Positions 1-8,600 of a stretch of 64,000 nucleotides of DNA are shown in pieces; within the stretch, counting starts at the first letter, position 1, and every line of letters begins with the position of its first letter. The stretch comes from Halioglobus sp. Lineage in GTDB: Bacteria > Pseudomonadota > Gammaproteobacteria > Pseudomonadales > Halieaceae. Location: the NCBI GenBank assembly GCA_036960305.1, contig JBALWA010000007.1:14126-78125 (forward strand), given 5' to 3'. A model generated the notes under the pieces. That model ran no database searches and was not told the origin of the DNA. It saw nothing but the letters and a program-made list of their open reading frames with translations. Made by a program: the position numbers and the translations under genes.

Positions 1-742
1 ATTTTTCGTTATTCGAAAAAAGCCCGCTAATCTAAACCAGATCCTGCTGGGTTTTTTCTGGGTATTGATTGGGCTGTCATTGTTTCTCCTGGGACTTGAA
101 TGGTGTCTGTTCCCGCTGGGTCGATTGATGGCAGAACAGCTGACCGACCCGGCATTTATACAGGCGGCCCAGGTTACCAAGGATGTTGGCGAAGGTCTCA
201 ACTGGAAGGACTATTACTGGGTTTATATCTTTGCTTTTTCAATCGGTTTCAGTACAACCATTGCAGAGCCTTCCCTGATTGCTGTTGCCATAAAGGCCAA
301 TGAGGTGTCTGGTGGTGCGATTGGCGTTTGGGGACTGCGTTTAGCGGTTGCATTCGGCGTGGCAATCGGTATTTCATTAGGTTGTTATCGTATTGTTGTT
401 GGCGATCCGATTCACTGGTACATCATTACCGGTTATGTCGTTGTGGTTATCCAGACCAGCTTTGCTCCCAAGATGATTGTTCCGCTGGCTTATGATTCAG
501 GTGGTGTTACCACGTCTACTGTTACAGTGCCCTTAGTTGCGGCTTTAGGTTTAGGTTTGTCAGAAACCGTACCCGGAAGAAACCCACTAATTGATGGTTT
601 TGGCTTAATCGCCTTTGCCAGTTTATTTCCAATCATCTCTGTGATGGCTTATGCACAGATATCAGAGGCTCGCTCAAGGTATGCCAATCGTTTAAATTCA
701 CGGCGAGAAAAAGACACTAGAAATTCGAGAGATTCAGCGTAA
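1..742 (+). CDS. DUF1538-like polytopic membrane protein, 5' end cut by window edge
   Basis: The frame is open from nt 2 (FFVIRKKPANLNQILLGFFWV precedes the TTG listed at 65), so the start lies outside the window. The sequence is strongly hydrophobic and multi-span (LFLLGLEW, VAFGVAIGISLG, GFGLIAFASLFPIISV). The family call rests on resemblance plus the typical downstream P-II-like and CBS genes. Confidence 0.55.
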   Translation, partial: FFVIRKKPANLNQILLGFFWVLIGLSLFLLGLEWCLFPLGRLMAEQLTDPAFIQAAQVTKDVGEGLNWKDYYWVYIFAFSIGFSTTIAEPSLIAVAIKANEVSGGAIGVWGLRLAVAFGVAIGISLGCYRIVVGDPIHWYIITGYVVVVIQTSFAPKMIVPLAYDSGGVTTSTVTVPLVAALGLGLSETVPGRNPLIDGFGLIAFASLFPIISVMAYAQISEARSRYANRLNSRREKDTRNSRDSA

Positions 743-752
743 GGAGAGCACT

Positions 753-1103
753 ATGCATTTCAAAATGTTGGTGGTATTTGTAGAAGATGAGAAGACAGAT
801 GCGGTAATGGATGCTGCCCGTGACGCCGGGTCAACTGGGGCAACCATTATTAATAATGCCAGGGGCGAAGGTCTGAAAAAAAGTAAAACCTTTTTGGGCT
901 TATCGCTGGAAACACAGCGTGACGTGGTTTTGTTTTTGGTAGAGGAACACCGAAGCCGCCATATACTGGAAGAAATAAGTAGAGTTGGTGAGTTTGATGC
1001 AAAACCAGGTACAGGCATCGCATTTCAAATTGACGTGGAGGATGCTGTGGGTATAGCGCATCAGGCGGAAAATATGACAAAAGACCTAGAGGAGTATTTG
1101 TAA
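753..1103 (+). CDS. P-II (GlnB-like) family signal-transduction protein
   Basis: 116 aa, the size and pattern of a P-II fold (MLVVFVEDEKTDAVMDAARDAGSTGATIINNARGEG, loop KKSKTFLGLS). AAGGAG lies 7 nt upstream of the ATG, 10 nt after the membrane gene. Confidence 0.65.
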   Translation: MHFKMLVVFVEDEKTDAVMDAARDAGSTGATIINNARGEGLKKSKTFLGLSLETQRDVVLFLVEEHRSRHILEEISRVGEFDAKPGTGIAFQIDVEDAVGIAHQAENMTKDLEEYL

Positions 1104-1507
1104 TGCAAAAGAAAGTAATTAAGGCACGGGATGTCATGCAAAGGAAACATCTTGAACTTGATGGTATGGCGACTGTGGGTGAAGCGCTGGGTGCCATGAA
1201 GGAAAATAATGCAGATATCGTTATCGTAAAAAAGCGTTCTGAGCATGATGCCTACGGCATTGTTTTACTATCTGATATTGCCAAGCAAGTGCTGGCTGCA
1301 GATAAGTCGCCTGAGCGAATTAACGTGTACGAAATAATGTCAAAACCAGTCGTTCCATTGGACCCAGATATGGATGTGCGCTACTGCGCACGTTTGTTTG
1401 ATCGCTTTGGTTTGTCCAGCGCGCCGGTGATTGAAAACGGACAGGTGTTGGGAATTGTCAGCTATAACGAGCTGGTTTTTCACGGGCTGTGCGAATCGAT
1501 TGGCTAA
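1103..1507 (+). CDS. CBS-pair domain protein
   Basis: 134 aa with two CBS-like repeats (ARDVMQRKHLELDGMATVGEALGAMKENNADIVIV; VYEIMSKPVVPLDPDMDVRYCARLFDRFGLSSAPVIENGQVLGIVS). The ATG overlaps the upstream stop (TAATG at 1101-1105). Confidence 0.7.
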   Translation: MQKKVIKARDVMQRKHLELDGMATVGEALGAMKENNADIVIVKKRSEHDAYGIVLLSDIAKQVLAADKSPERINVYEIMSKPVVPLDPDMDVRYCARLFDRFGLSSAPVIENGQVLGIVSYNELVFHGLCESIG

Positions 1508-1807
1508 TACGATTCCGACTGTATTTTCACCACCTCGATATGCTTATTATTTCGTTTAGATACAATAACTTATATGCGTATTTTGACGTTTTACATTGAT
1601 CATTGATCATGGCCTACCCAATGCGGGTATTGGATATTCCTACCCGCCGCCGGCATACATACGATGTTATGTGCCATAAGGAAAAGCTACATAGGGCCCA
1701 ATTGGTAACTCAGTACAAATCAGCAGCAAACCAACACGTAGAAGAGTAATGCCTCATGGTGCAGAATACTGTCATCAGAACTCTGCTCATCTTGAGGCAC
1801 TTACACA

Positions 1808-3622
1808 ATGACGACAAAGCCCAAAAAAACGCTCAGAAGCGAACATTGGTTCAACGACCACAGTAAACCCGATCAGACTGCACTTCACCTTGAGCGCTAC
1901 CTGAATTTCGGATTGACGCCTGAAGAGCTGCAGTCCGGCAAACCCATCATCGGCATCGCCCAGACCGGCAGTGATCTGGCGCCCTGTAATCGCCATCACC
2001 TGGACCTGGCCAGCCGGGTAAGAGACGGCATACGTGACGCTGGCGGCGTACCACTGGAGTTTCCAGTTCATCCGATCTTCGAGAACGGTAAGCGCCCCAC
2101 CGCTGCACTTGATCGCAATCTTGCTACCCTCGGGCTTATCGAAGTGTTATACGGTTATCCGCTCGATGCTGTGGTGCTAACCACTGGCTGCGACAAGACA
2201 ACCCCTGCCACATTGATGGCAGCGGCCTGCGTGGATATTCCTACTATAGTGCTATCGGGCGGCCCCATGCTCAACGGCTGGTCCAATGATCGGGACAATC
2301 CGGAAGTGGAACCGGAGCAGCGCCTGGGGTCGGGAACTGTCATCTGGGAGTGCCGGGAACTACTCGCTGCGGGCGAGATAGACTACGCTGAATTCATGCG
2401 GCGAGTGTCCGCCTCGGCGCCCAGCGTTGGGCACTGCAATAGCATGGGCACAGCGCTTACCATGAACTCCCTCGCCGAAGCCCTGGGCATGTCCCTGCCG
2501 GGCTGTGCCGCTATCCCTGCCCCCTACCGGGAGCGTGGACAGATGGCCTATTTCACCGGCCGGCGTATTGTGGAAATGGTGGCAGAAGACCTCAAACCCT
2601 CGGACATCATGAGCACCGCATCATTTCACAATACCATCGCCGCCTGCACCGCGATCGGTGGCTCCACCAATGCCCCGCCACACTTACAGGCCATCAGTCA
2701 CTACCTTGAAGGTGTGGAGCTGTCTATCGAAGACTGGGAGACCCACGGTGAACACATCCCTTTATTGGTCAACTGCCAACCAGCCGGCGAATACCTGGGC
2801 GAAGAATTTCACCGGGCCGGCGGTGTACCAGCGGTCATGGGCGAATTACTGCGGGCCGGTGTCATTGACGGCAACACTCTGACGGTAACCGGCCTCACTA
2901 CGGCGCAAAACTATGCAAAGTCCTGCAGTGTAAACCCGGAAGTGATTTACAGCTACGACTCGCCACTGAAAACCCATGCGGGATTTGCTGTGATGAAAGG
3001 AAACCTGTTTGATTCCGCCGTCATGAAAAAGTCAGTCATCGACCAGGCCTTTATCGACACCTACCTGAGCGAACCCGAAAGTCGCAACTGCTTTCGGGCC
3101 CGAGCCATCGTATTTGAGGGCCCAGAGGACTATCACGAGAACATCAACGATCCCGCCCTGGAAATTGACGAACACTGCCTACTGGTAATCCGAAACTGTG
3201 GCCCGGTGGGCTACCCAGGCTCTGCCGAGGTAGTGAACATGCTGCCGCCGGATTACCTGGTAAAACGGGGTATTACTTGCCTGCCGACCATGGGCGACGG
3301 CCGACAGAGCGGCACCTCCGCAAGCCCCTCGATACTGAATATATCACCAGAGTCGGCCGTGGGCGGCGGACTGGCACTATTGAAAAGCGGGGACTGGATT
3401 GACATCGACTTGAATAAAAACACCGTCAATCTGGTGATCGAAGAAGCGGAGCTGGAGCAACGTCGGGGTGGGCTGCAACAACTGATCACCACCGATCAAA
3501 CGCCCTGGCAGGAGATCTACCGCGACAGCGTTACACAGTTGTCCGAGGGTGCCGTAATGACTACGAAGAAGAAATACTACCGCCTTAACAAGGTATACGG
3601 AATACCAAGAAACTCTCACTAA
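1808..3622 (+). CDS. IlvD/Edd-family sugar-acid (pentonate/hexonate) dehydratase
   Basis: 604 aa with IlvD/Edd signatures GIAQTGSDLAPCNRH, TTGCDKTTPATLMAAA, LSGGPMLNG and GDGRQSGTS. The sugar-acid specificity is inferred from length and context. Confidence 0.85.
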   Translation: MTTKPKKTLRSEHWFNDHSKPDQTALHLERYLNFGLTPEELQSGKPIIGIAQTGSDLAPCNRHHLDLASRVRDGIRDAGGVPLEFPVHPIFENGKRPTAALDRNLATLGLIEVLYGYPLDAVVLTTGCDKTTPATLMAAACVDIPTIVLSGGPMLNGWSNDRDNPEVEPEQRLGSGTVIWECRELLAAGEIDYAEFMRRVSASAPSVGHCNSMGTALTMNSLAEALGMSLPGCAAIPAPYRERGQMAYFTGRRIVEMVAEDLKPSDIMSTASFHNTIAACTAIGGSTNAPPHLQAISHYLEGVELSIEDWETHGEHIPLLVNCQPAGEYLGEEFHRAGGVPAVMGELLRAGVIDGNTLTVTGLTTAQNYAKSCSVNPEVIYSYDSPLKTHAGFAVMKGNLFDSAVMKKSVIDQAFIDTYLSEPESRNCFRARAIVFEGPEDYHENINDPALEIDEHCLLVIRNCGPVGYPGSAEVVNMLPPDYLVKRGITCLPTMGDGRQSGTSASPSILNISPESAVGGGLALLKSGDWIDIDLNKNTVNLVIEEAELEQRRGGLQQLITTDQTPWQEIYRDSVTQLSEGAVMTTKKKYYRLNKVYGIPRNSH

Positions 3623-3780
3623 AGCCCTGACCTCAACGCCGAGCATGAACTGCGCCGAGACCGGGACAGCTAAGATGCAGTTTTACTGAAACAGTATAGG
3701 TTCAACCACTATGCGGTCCTTCAATCCAGGAACTGGATTGCAGTAAATCCAGCAGTATTAGTGGTTGGTTAAATGAGTAT

Positions 3781-3805
3781 TTTACGTTTTTACATTTATG
3801 TAAAA
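3781..3805. promoter_or_regulatory. Inverted repeat TTTACGT-N10-ATGTAAA, containing a nested perfect TTTTACAT-TT-ATGTAAAA, 43 nt upstream of the receptor gene
   Basis: Read directly: 3781-3787 TTTACGT, 3798-3804 ATGTAAA. The inner 8-2-8 palindrome spans 3788-3805. Confidence 0.35.
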
Positions 3806-3847
3806 TAATATCGGTTAGAGTCCTAACCACTGAGATGGAAATTACAC

Positions 3848-6028
3848 ATGACGATAAAACTGATAAATTCCGCAGTAACAGCAGCACTGATATCAACAGG
3901 CGTCCTGTCTTCTCACTCGGCACTAGCGCAGACCGGGGTGTTGGAAGAAGTCATCGTCACCGCGCGTAAGCGTAGTGAAAATCTGCAGGACGTGGCGGCC
4001 TCCGTTAGCGCCATCAGTGGCGATGATATGCGCGACATGGGCGCTTACGATTTTCGCGAGCTGGGAACTATGTTGAGCAATGTCAACGTATCCAACGACC
4101 AGAACAATATCGACATCTCCATACGCGGCGTCTCCAATAATCGGGGCTTTGCCGCCGCTACAGCCTTTCACGTGGATGGCGTGTACACCGGCAACGGCAA
4201 GAGTGGCCTGGCGGCGTTCGTCGACGTGCAGCGGGTGGAGGTGATCCGCGGGCCGGCTGGCACCCTGTACGGGCGCAATGCGACCGCCGGTGCAGTCAAC
4301 GTGATTTCCAACCAGCCCGACCTGGAAACCAACAGCCTGGCGGTTGAGGGCACGATGGGCAATGACGATTTCTACAATGTCCAGTTAGTGGGCAACCTGG
4401 CGACCACAGACACACTGGGCCTGCGGGCCGTCTACATGAAGGAGGAACGCGACGGCTGGTCTACCAACGATTCTTTCGACCCGGATGTGCCTGACCAGCA
4501 GACCGATGATGCCGACCTGGAAGCCTTCAAACTTCGGGCACTGTGGCTGCCGACCGATACGGTCAGCTGGCTCCTGGGCTACGACCATTTCGAATCCGGC
4601 GGCGCCGGACGGCGCTTGCTGGTGGACTATGACAAGTCCATAGCCCGGGGCGGTATCGAAAACGGCATTGCCAATAATCTTACACCGGAGCAAGCAGCAC
4701 GGGTAAAGTCAGACCCCCGTTATGTGCCGGCCAATGACTTGTTCAGTAATGACATCGAACAGGATTCCCTACTCTCCGATTTCAAGCTTGATTTGGGCTG
4801 GGGTGAGTTCACCTACCTGCTGGGCCACCGCCAGATCGAGACGGAGAGCGATGGTGATACGGATTTCTATGTCGGCAATTTCCACACCCTTAGCACCGAG
4901 GACTACGAAGAGACATCCCATGAATTGCGCTTGGCCGGGGACACTGACGCCTTGAAGTGGCTGGTCGGCCTGTACACCTGGGAAAGCGAGTCTGATGGCG
5001 GCTTCGTACAAAATTTTTCAGATACCGTCCAGCGGGTATTCACCACAAACGGTAACAAGAGCGAGTCACTTGGTGCCTTCACTCAGGTTACCTGGTCTAT
5101 ATCAGACAATTTTCGCCTCACTGGCGGCTTGCGCTACAGTGAAGATGAACAGAACAGCGGCACTGGCGTTTCGGGGATCCTGATTAATGGCGCTGGGACG
5201 CCAGGCCCCTATGATGAATCCTCCGGGGACTGGGACGATACCAGCTACAAACTGGCGGTCGAATTCGACCTGAATGATAATTCCATGCTCTACGCTGGCG
5301 TCAGCACCGGCTATAAGACCGGGGGCCTGAACAGTCCCGAAGTAGGTAGTACCACCTTTGAACCCGAAGAAGTAGACGCTTTCGAAATTGGCAGCAAGAA
5401 TATGCTGAACGACGGGCGCCTGCAGTTAAACGCGGCGGCTTTTTTCTACGACTACACGAATCTGCAAATCTCCGGACTGGAGGTGATCGACGATCAGCCT
5501 ATCGCCGCACAGACCAATATCCCCAAATCCGAAATGTACGGAGGCGAGGTGGAGTGGGTGGCACTGCTGACCGATTCCCTGAAGCTTGATGGCGGTATCG
5601 GTTACCTCAAAGCCGAGGCCAAAGAGGGCATAGTAGACGATCCCACCCAGTCGGAAGGCGGCGTTTTTATCGACATCAGCGGCAATTCGCTGCGTAAATC
5701 CCCCGAGTGGAGCGTGAACCTGGGCCTGGAACACGATTGGGATCTGGCCAGCGCCGGCTCGATCGTCAGCCGAATCAATTTTCACTATGAGGACGAGCAG
5801 TATCATGACGTGGTCAACGTGGAGCAGAATCTGGAAGACTCCTTCACCCGTACCGACCTGACATTCACTTGGCGCAGTGCTGATACGGCAATATTCGCAC
5901 AGGTCTTCTGGCGGAATCTGGAGGACGACGACGTGCGCTCTACCATTTTCCAGACGCCGATCATGGCCCTGTCCAGTTACATGGCACCGGAAAGCTACGG
6001 TTTGAGAGTTGGCTATACTTTCGAGTAA
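3848..6028 (+). CDS. TonB-dependent receptor
   Basis: Signal peptide ending SHSALA-Q. Plug motifs EEVIVTARKRSENLQDV and VEVIRGPAGTLYGRNATAGAVNV. Long beta-barrel ending YGLRVGYTFE. Confidence 0.9.
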   Translation: MTIKLINSAVTAALISTGVLSSHSALAQTGVLEEVIVTARKRSENLQDVAASVSAISGDDMRDMGAYDFRELGTMLSNVNVSNDQNNIDISIRGVSNNRGFAAATAFHVDGVYTGNGKSGLAAFVDVQRVEVIRGPAGTLYGRNATAGAVNVISNQPDLETNSLAVEGTMGNDDFYNVQLVGNLATTDTLGLRAVYMKEERDGWSTNDSFDPDVPDQQTDDADLEAFKLRALWLPTDTVSWLLGYDHFESGGAGRRLLVDYDKSIARGGIENGIANNLTPEQAARVKSDPRYVPANDLFSNDIEQDSLLSDFKLDLGWGEFTYLLGHRQIETESDGDTDFYVGNFHTLSTEDYEETSHELRLAGDTDALKWLVGLYTWESESDGGFVQNFSDTVQRVFTTNGNKSESLGAFTQVTWSISDNFRLTGGLRYSEDEQNSGTGVSGILINGAGTPGPYDESSGDWDDTSYKLAVEFDLNDNSMLYAGVSTGYKTGGLNSPEVGSTTFEPEEVDAFEIGSKNMLNDGRLQLNAAAFFYDYTNLQISGLEVIDDQPIAAQTNIPKSEMYGGEVEWVALLTDSLKLDGGIGYLKAEAKEGIVDDPTQSEGGVFIDISGNSLRKSPEWSVNLGLEHDWDLASAGSIVSRINFHYEDEQYHDVVNVEQNLEDSFTRTDLTFTWRSADTAIFAQVFWRNLEDDDVRSTIFQTPIMALSSYMAPESYGLRVGYTFE

Positions 6029-6053
6029 GCCTTACCAGCTCCGGAGAAGCACC

Positions 6054-6950
6054 ATGACAAAGACGATTGAAACCACCGGACTGCGTTGCATCTGGGATGG
6101 CAAGGCGGAATTGGGCGAGGGCGTGTTCTGGCACGAAGCGGAACAGGCCCTTTACTGGGTGGATATCATTGCCTCCAACCTCTACCGGCTGGCAGCTGAT
6201 GGCAGCACGGACTACTGGCACTTTCCGGGCCAGATCAGTGCCGTAGTGCCCTGCGACGATGGGGGCTTGCTCGCCACTTTCGAAAATGGCCTGTCCCACC
6301 TCGACCTGGAAACCGCAATTGTCACACCTGTGCTAGCTCTGGAAACCGATTTACCGGACAATCGTTTCAACGACGGCTGTAGCGATACCCACGGTCAATT
6401 CTGGTTTGGCAGTATGGACGGCAATCAGAAAGAACCCAGCGGCAGCTTCTATCGCATGAACCGCGATGGCAACGTAAAACGGGTGGATTCTTTTGGCCAG
6501 TTCTGCATCACCAACGGCCCCGCCTTCAGCCTCGACGGACAGTGGATTTACTTCACCGACTCGGTGGAAAGAAAGGTTTATCGCGCCCCTTTAGATCAGG
6601 TTGGCCTGGCTGGCGCTGCGGAGCTGCATATACAGCTCACAGAACGAGACGGCTTCCCGGACGGGATGTGTACCGATACAGAGGGCGGTCTGTGGATATG
6701 CCATTTCGCCGGCAGTCGCGTCACGCGCTTTCTGGCCGATGGGAAAGTGGATCAGGTCATAGAAATGTCCGTACCGAATATCACCAAGTGTGCATTCGGC
6801 GGCACCGACCTGCGGACCCTCTATATCATCACGGCGGCAACGTCCCTGGACGAAGCACAGCGGGAGAAATATCCCCTGTCTGGTGGGTTGTTCGCTATCG
6901 ATCTTCCCTTCAGTGGCGCAGCCATGGCCACTGTCGCCCGGGCGCGCTAG
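6054..6950 (+). CDS. SMP-30/gluconolactonase/LRE-family sugar lactonase
   Basis: ELGEGVFWHEAEQALYWVDI, RFNDGCSDTHGQFWFGSM, CITNGPAFSLDG and FPDGMCTDTEGGLWICHF are typical six-blade lactonase motifs. I chose the ATG at 6054 (GGAGAAG upstream) over the listed 6009 start, which overlaps the receptor gene. Confidence 0.8.
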   Translation: MTKTIETTGLRCIWDGKAELGEGVFWHEAEQALYWVDIIASNLYRLAADGSTDYWHFPGQISAVVPCDDGGLLATFENGLSHLDLETAIVTPVLALETDLPDNRFNDGCSDTHGQFWFGSMDGNQKEPSGSFYRMNRDGNVKRVDSFGQFCITNGPAFSLDGQWIYFTDSVERKVYRAPLDQVGLAGAAELHIQLTERDGFPDGMCTDTEGGLWICHFAGSRVTRFLADGKVDQVIEMSVPNITKCAFGGTDLRTLYIITAATSLDEAQREKYPLSGGLFAIDLPFSGAAMATVARAR

Positions 6951-6958
6951 AAACGCCG

Positions 6959-7576
6959 CTAGCGTTTGAGCTGTTTCAGGCCGACTGCGGGCACTAAGGT
7001 GCGATGAAAAAATTCACGCAATTGCCCGACAGTCCGGGGCTCGCCGATCTGGTACTGGAGGAATGAGGTGATGGTGCGCTGGACCATTTCCGCCACCTCA
7101 TATTGACGCTCGCGCAACTCCGGCGCCAACTCCATAAAAGGCTCCAGCGCCTGGGCATTGGCCTCGAGGGTTCGCCGCATGCTCGGGTCATCCTGCGCCA
7201 CAAACGGAATATATTCGGGGTCGGCGATGAACTTCAGTATCTGAGTCTTGGGCAGCTCGCCGATAGCGTACAGGACCCCCTCCACGAGGCGCTCCTGCGG
7301 TGTATCAAAACGCAGCACCCGGCGCCGCAGACGTCGCATCCAGCCTTCCACCTCTAAACCCATGGCGCCAAACATCAGGCTCTCCTTGCTCGGATAATAG
7401 CTGTAGAGTGTCGGGCGCGAGATGCCCGCCTTTCTCGCAACTTCCGACATAAAGGCCTTGCGCAATCCCTTTTCCGAAAAACAGTCGACAGCGATTGCGG
7501 CGAGCCGTTGTCGGGCCTCACTTGCGTCCCGCGGCGGATTCCCGGCCCATGAACTTGTCTGTCGTTGCTTTGCCAT
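6959..7576 (-). CDS. TetR-family transcriptional regulator
   Basis: N-terminal HTH (RQRLAAIAVDCFSEKGLRKAFMSEVARKAGISRPTLYSYYPSKESL). The ATG at 7576 lies 1 nt after the stop of the upstream oxidoreductase, making this the last gene of the operon. Confidence 0.85.
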   Translation of the reverse strand: MAKQRQTSSWAGNPPRDASEARQRLAAIAVDCFSEKGLRKAFMSEVARKAGISRPTLYSYYPSKESLMFGAMGLEVEGWMRRLRRRVLRFDTPQERLVEGVLYAIGELPKTQILKFIADPEYIPFVAQDDPSMRRTLEANAQALEPFMELAPELRERQYEVAEMVQRTITSFLQYQIGEPRTVGQLREFFHRTLVPAVGLKQLKR

Positions 7577-7577
7577 G

Positions 7578-8567
7578 TCAAAAACCCTCTTCGATGGCGA
7601 CAACCACTTTACCTTGAATTTCGCGACGCTTCAGGCGGGTGAGATACTCGACTACAGACTCCAGCCCCTGCGCAACTTCGGGTTGTAGAGAAAGCTTGCC
7701 GGCCGTGTAAAGCTTCAGTAACTCCTCGTGGCAGACCAGCATTTCCTCGTGACCATAGGCACCGGCGAATACGCCCATCGTGGAACAGTTACGCATCACC
7801 ATGGCTTCCGTATCGACTGTACCCCAGCGACCGGAAGCGAAACCCACTGCCAGCACCCGGCCGCCGGAGGCCGTGCAAGAAACCGAGCGTTCAAATATTT
7901 CCCCGCCCACAGGGTCGAATATCACATCGGCGCCGCGACCCGCAGTCAGTTCCAGTACCCTGGCGCTAAAGTCCTGCTCCCGATAATTAACGCAGTGATC
8001 AGCGCCCTGCGAGCGACAGTAATCCAGTTTCTGTTCGCTACTTGCCGTGGCTATGACCTGCGCACCCAAGGCCTTCCCTAACTGTATGGCCGCAGAGCCT
8101 GAGCCTCCAGCACCACCGTGAACCAGTAACACTTCGTCGGCTTGCAGGGCTGCGCGGAGTTTCAGGCTCACTATCGCTGTATGGAAAGGAATACAAAAGG
8201 CTGCCGCTTCCACAGCACTCATGCCTTGGGTCATTGGATACAGAGTGGACTCGGGTGCGATGCAGTACTGTGCGTAACTGCCATTACCGGTATAGAACGA
8301 GGTCACTCCCATGACCCGCTCACCGACCTGCGTGGTACATCCCTCACCCACGGCAGTGACGACCCCGGCCACCTCCTGGCCCGGCGTGAATGGCAATTCA
8401 GGGGAAAACGCGTACTCGCCCTTGCACATCAACACATCCGGCAGGCCCATGCCTGCGGCTGCAACCTTAATCTGCAGCTCCCCAGGGCCGGGTTGGGGCA
8501 ATTCCCGCTCCTGCAAAACCATCACATCTTTTGGCTGGCCTACGCCAGTTACGCACAAGGCTTGCAT
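7578..8567 (-). CDS. NADPH:quinone oxidoreductase / zinc-type alcohol dehydrogenase superfamily (MDR)
   Basis: GLPDVLMCKGEY, PFTPGQEVAGVV and the cofactor loop VHGGAGGSGSAAIQLGKALGAQVIA. The ATG at 8567 is preceded by GGAGGA; the listed start at 8582 is an alternative. Confidence 0.8.
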   Translation of the reverse strand: MQALCVTGVGQPKDVMVLQERELPQPGPGELQIKVAAAGMGLPDVLMCKGEYAFSPELPFTPGQEVAGVVTAVGEGCTTQVGERVMGVTSFYTGNGSYAQYCIAPESTLYPMTQGMSAVEAAAFCIPFHTAIVSLKLRAALQADEVLLVHGGAGGSGSAAIQLGKALGAQVIATASSEQKLDYCRSQGADHCVNYREQDFSARVLELTAGRGADVIFDPVGGEIFERSVSCTASGGRVLAVGFASGRWGTVDTEAMVMRNCSTMGVFAGAYGHEEMLVCHEELLKLYTAGKLSLQPEVAQGLESVVEYLTRLKRREIQGKVVVAIEEGF

Positions 8568-8600
8568 ATTAATTTCCTCCATTTGGGTTTTCCTGCAGAC

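Noticed and set aside
1609-1749. A 46-codon ORF (MAYPMRVLDIPTRRRHTYDVMCHKEKLHRAQLVTQYKSAANQHVEE) and the tandem TGATCAT-TGATCAT (1597-1610) upstream of the dehydratase gene.
   Set aside because: There is no SD and no motif, and the length is compatible with chance. The 7-mer duplication is too short to interpret, being two GATC sites only.
3723-3831. A hairpin AATCCAG-gaa-CTGGATT (3723-3739), and 7-bp arms AGTGGTT/AACCACT (3760-3766 / 3825-3831) bracketing the TTTTACAT palindrome. I also looked for a cobalamin-riboswitch-like leader before the receptor gene.
   Set aside because: 7-bp inverted repeats within ~100 nt are expected fairly often by chance. No T-run follows the hairpin. I see no B12-box-like conserved core.
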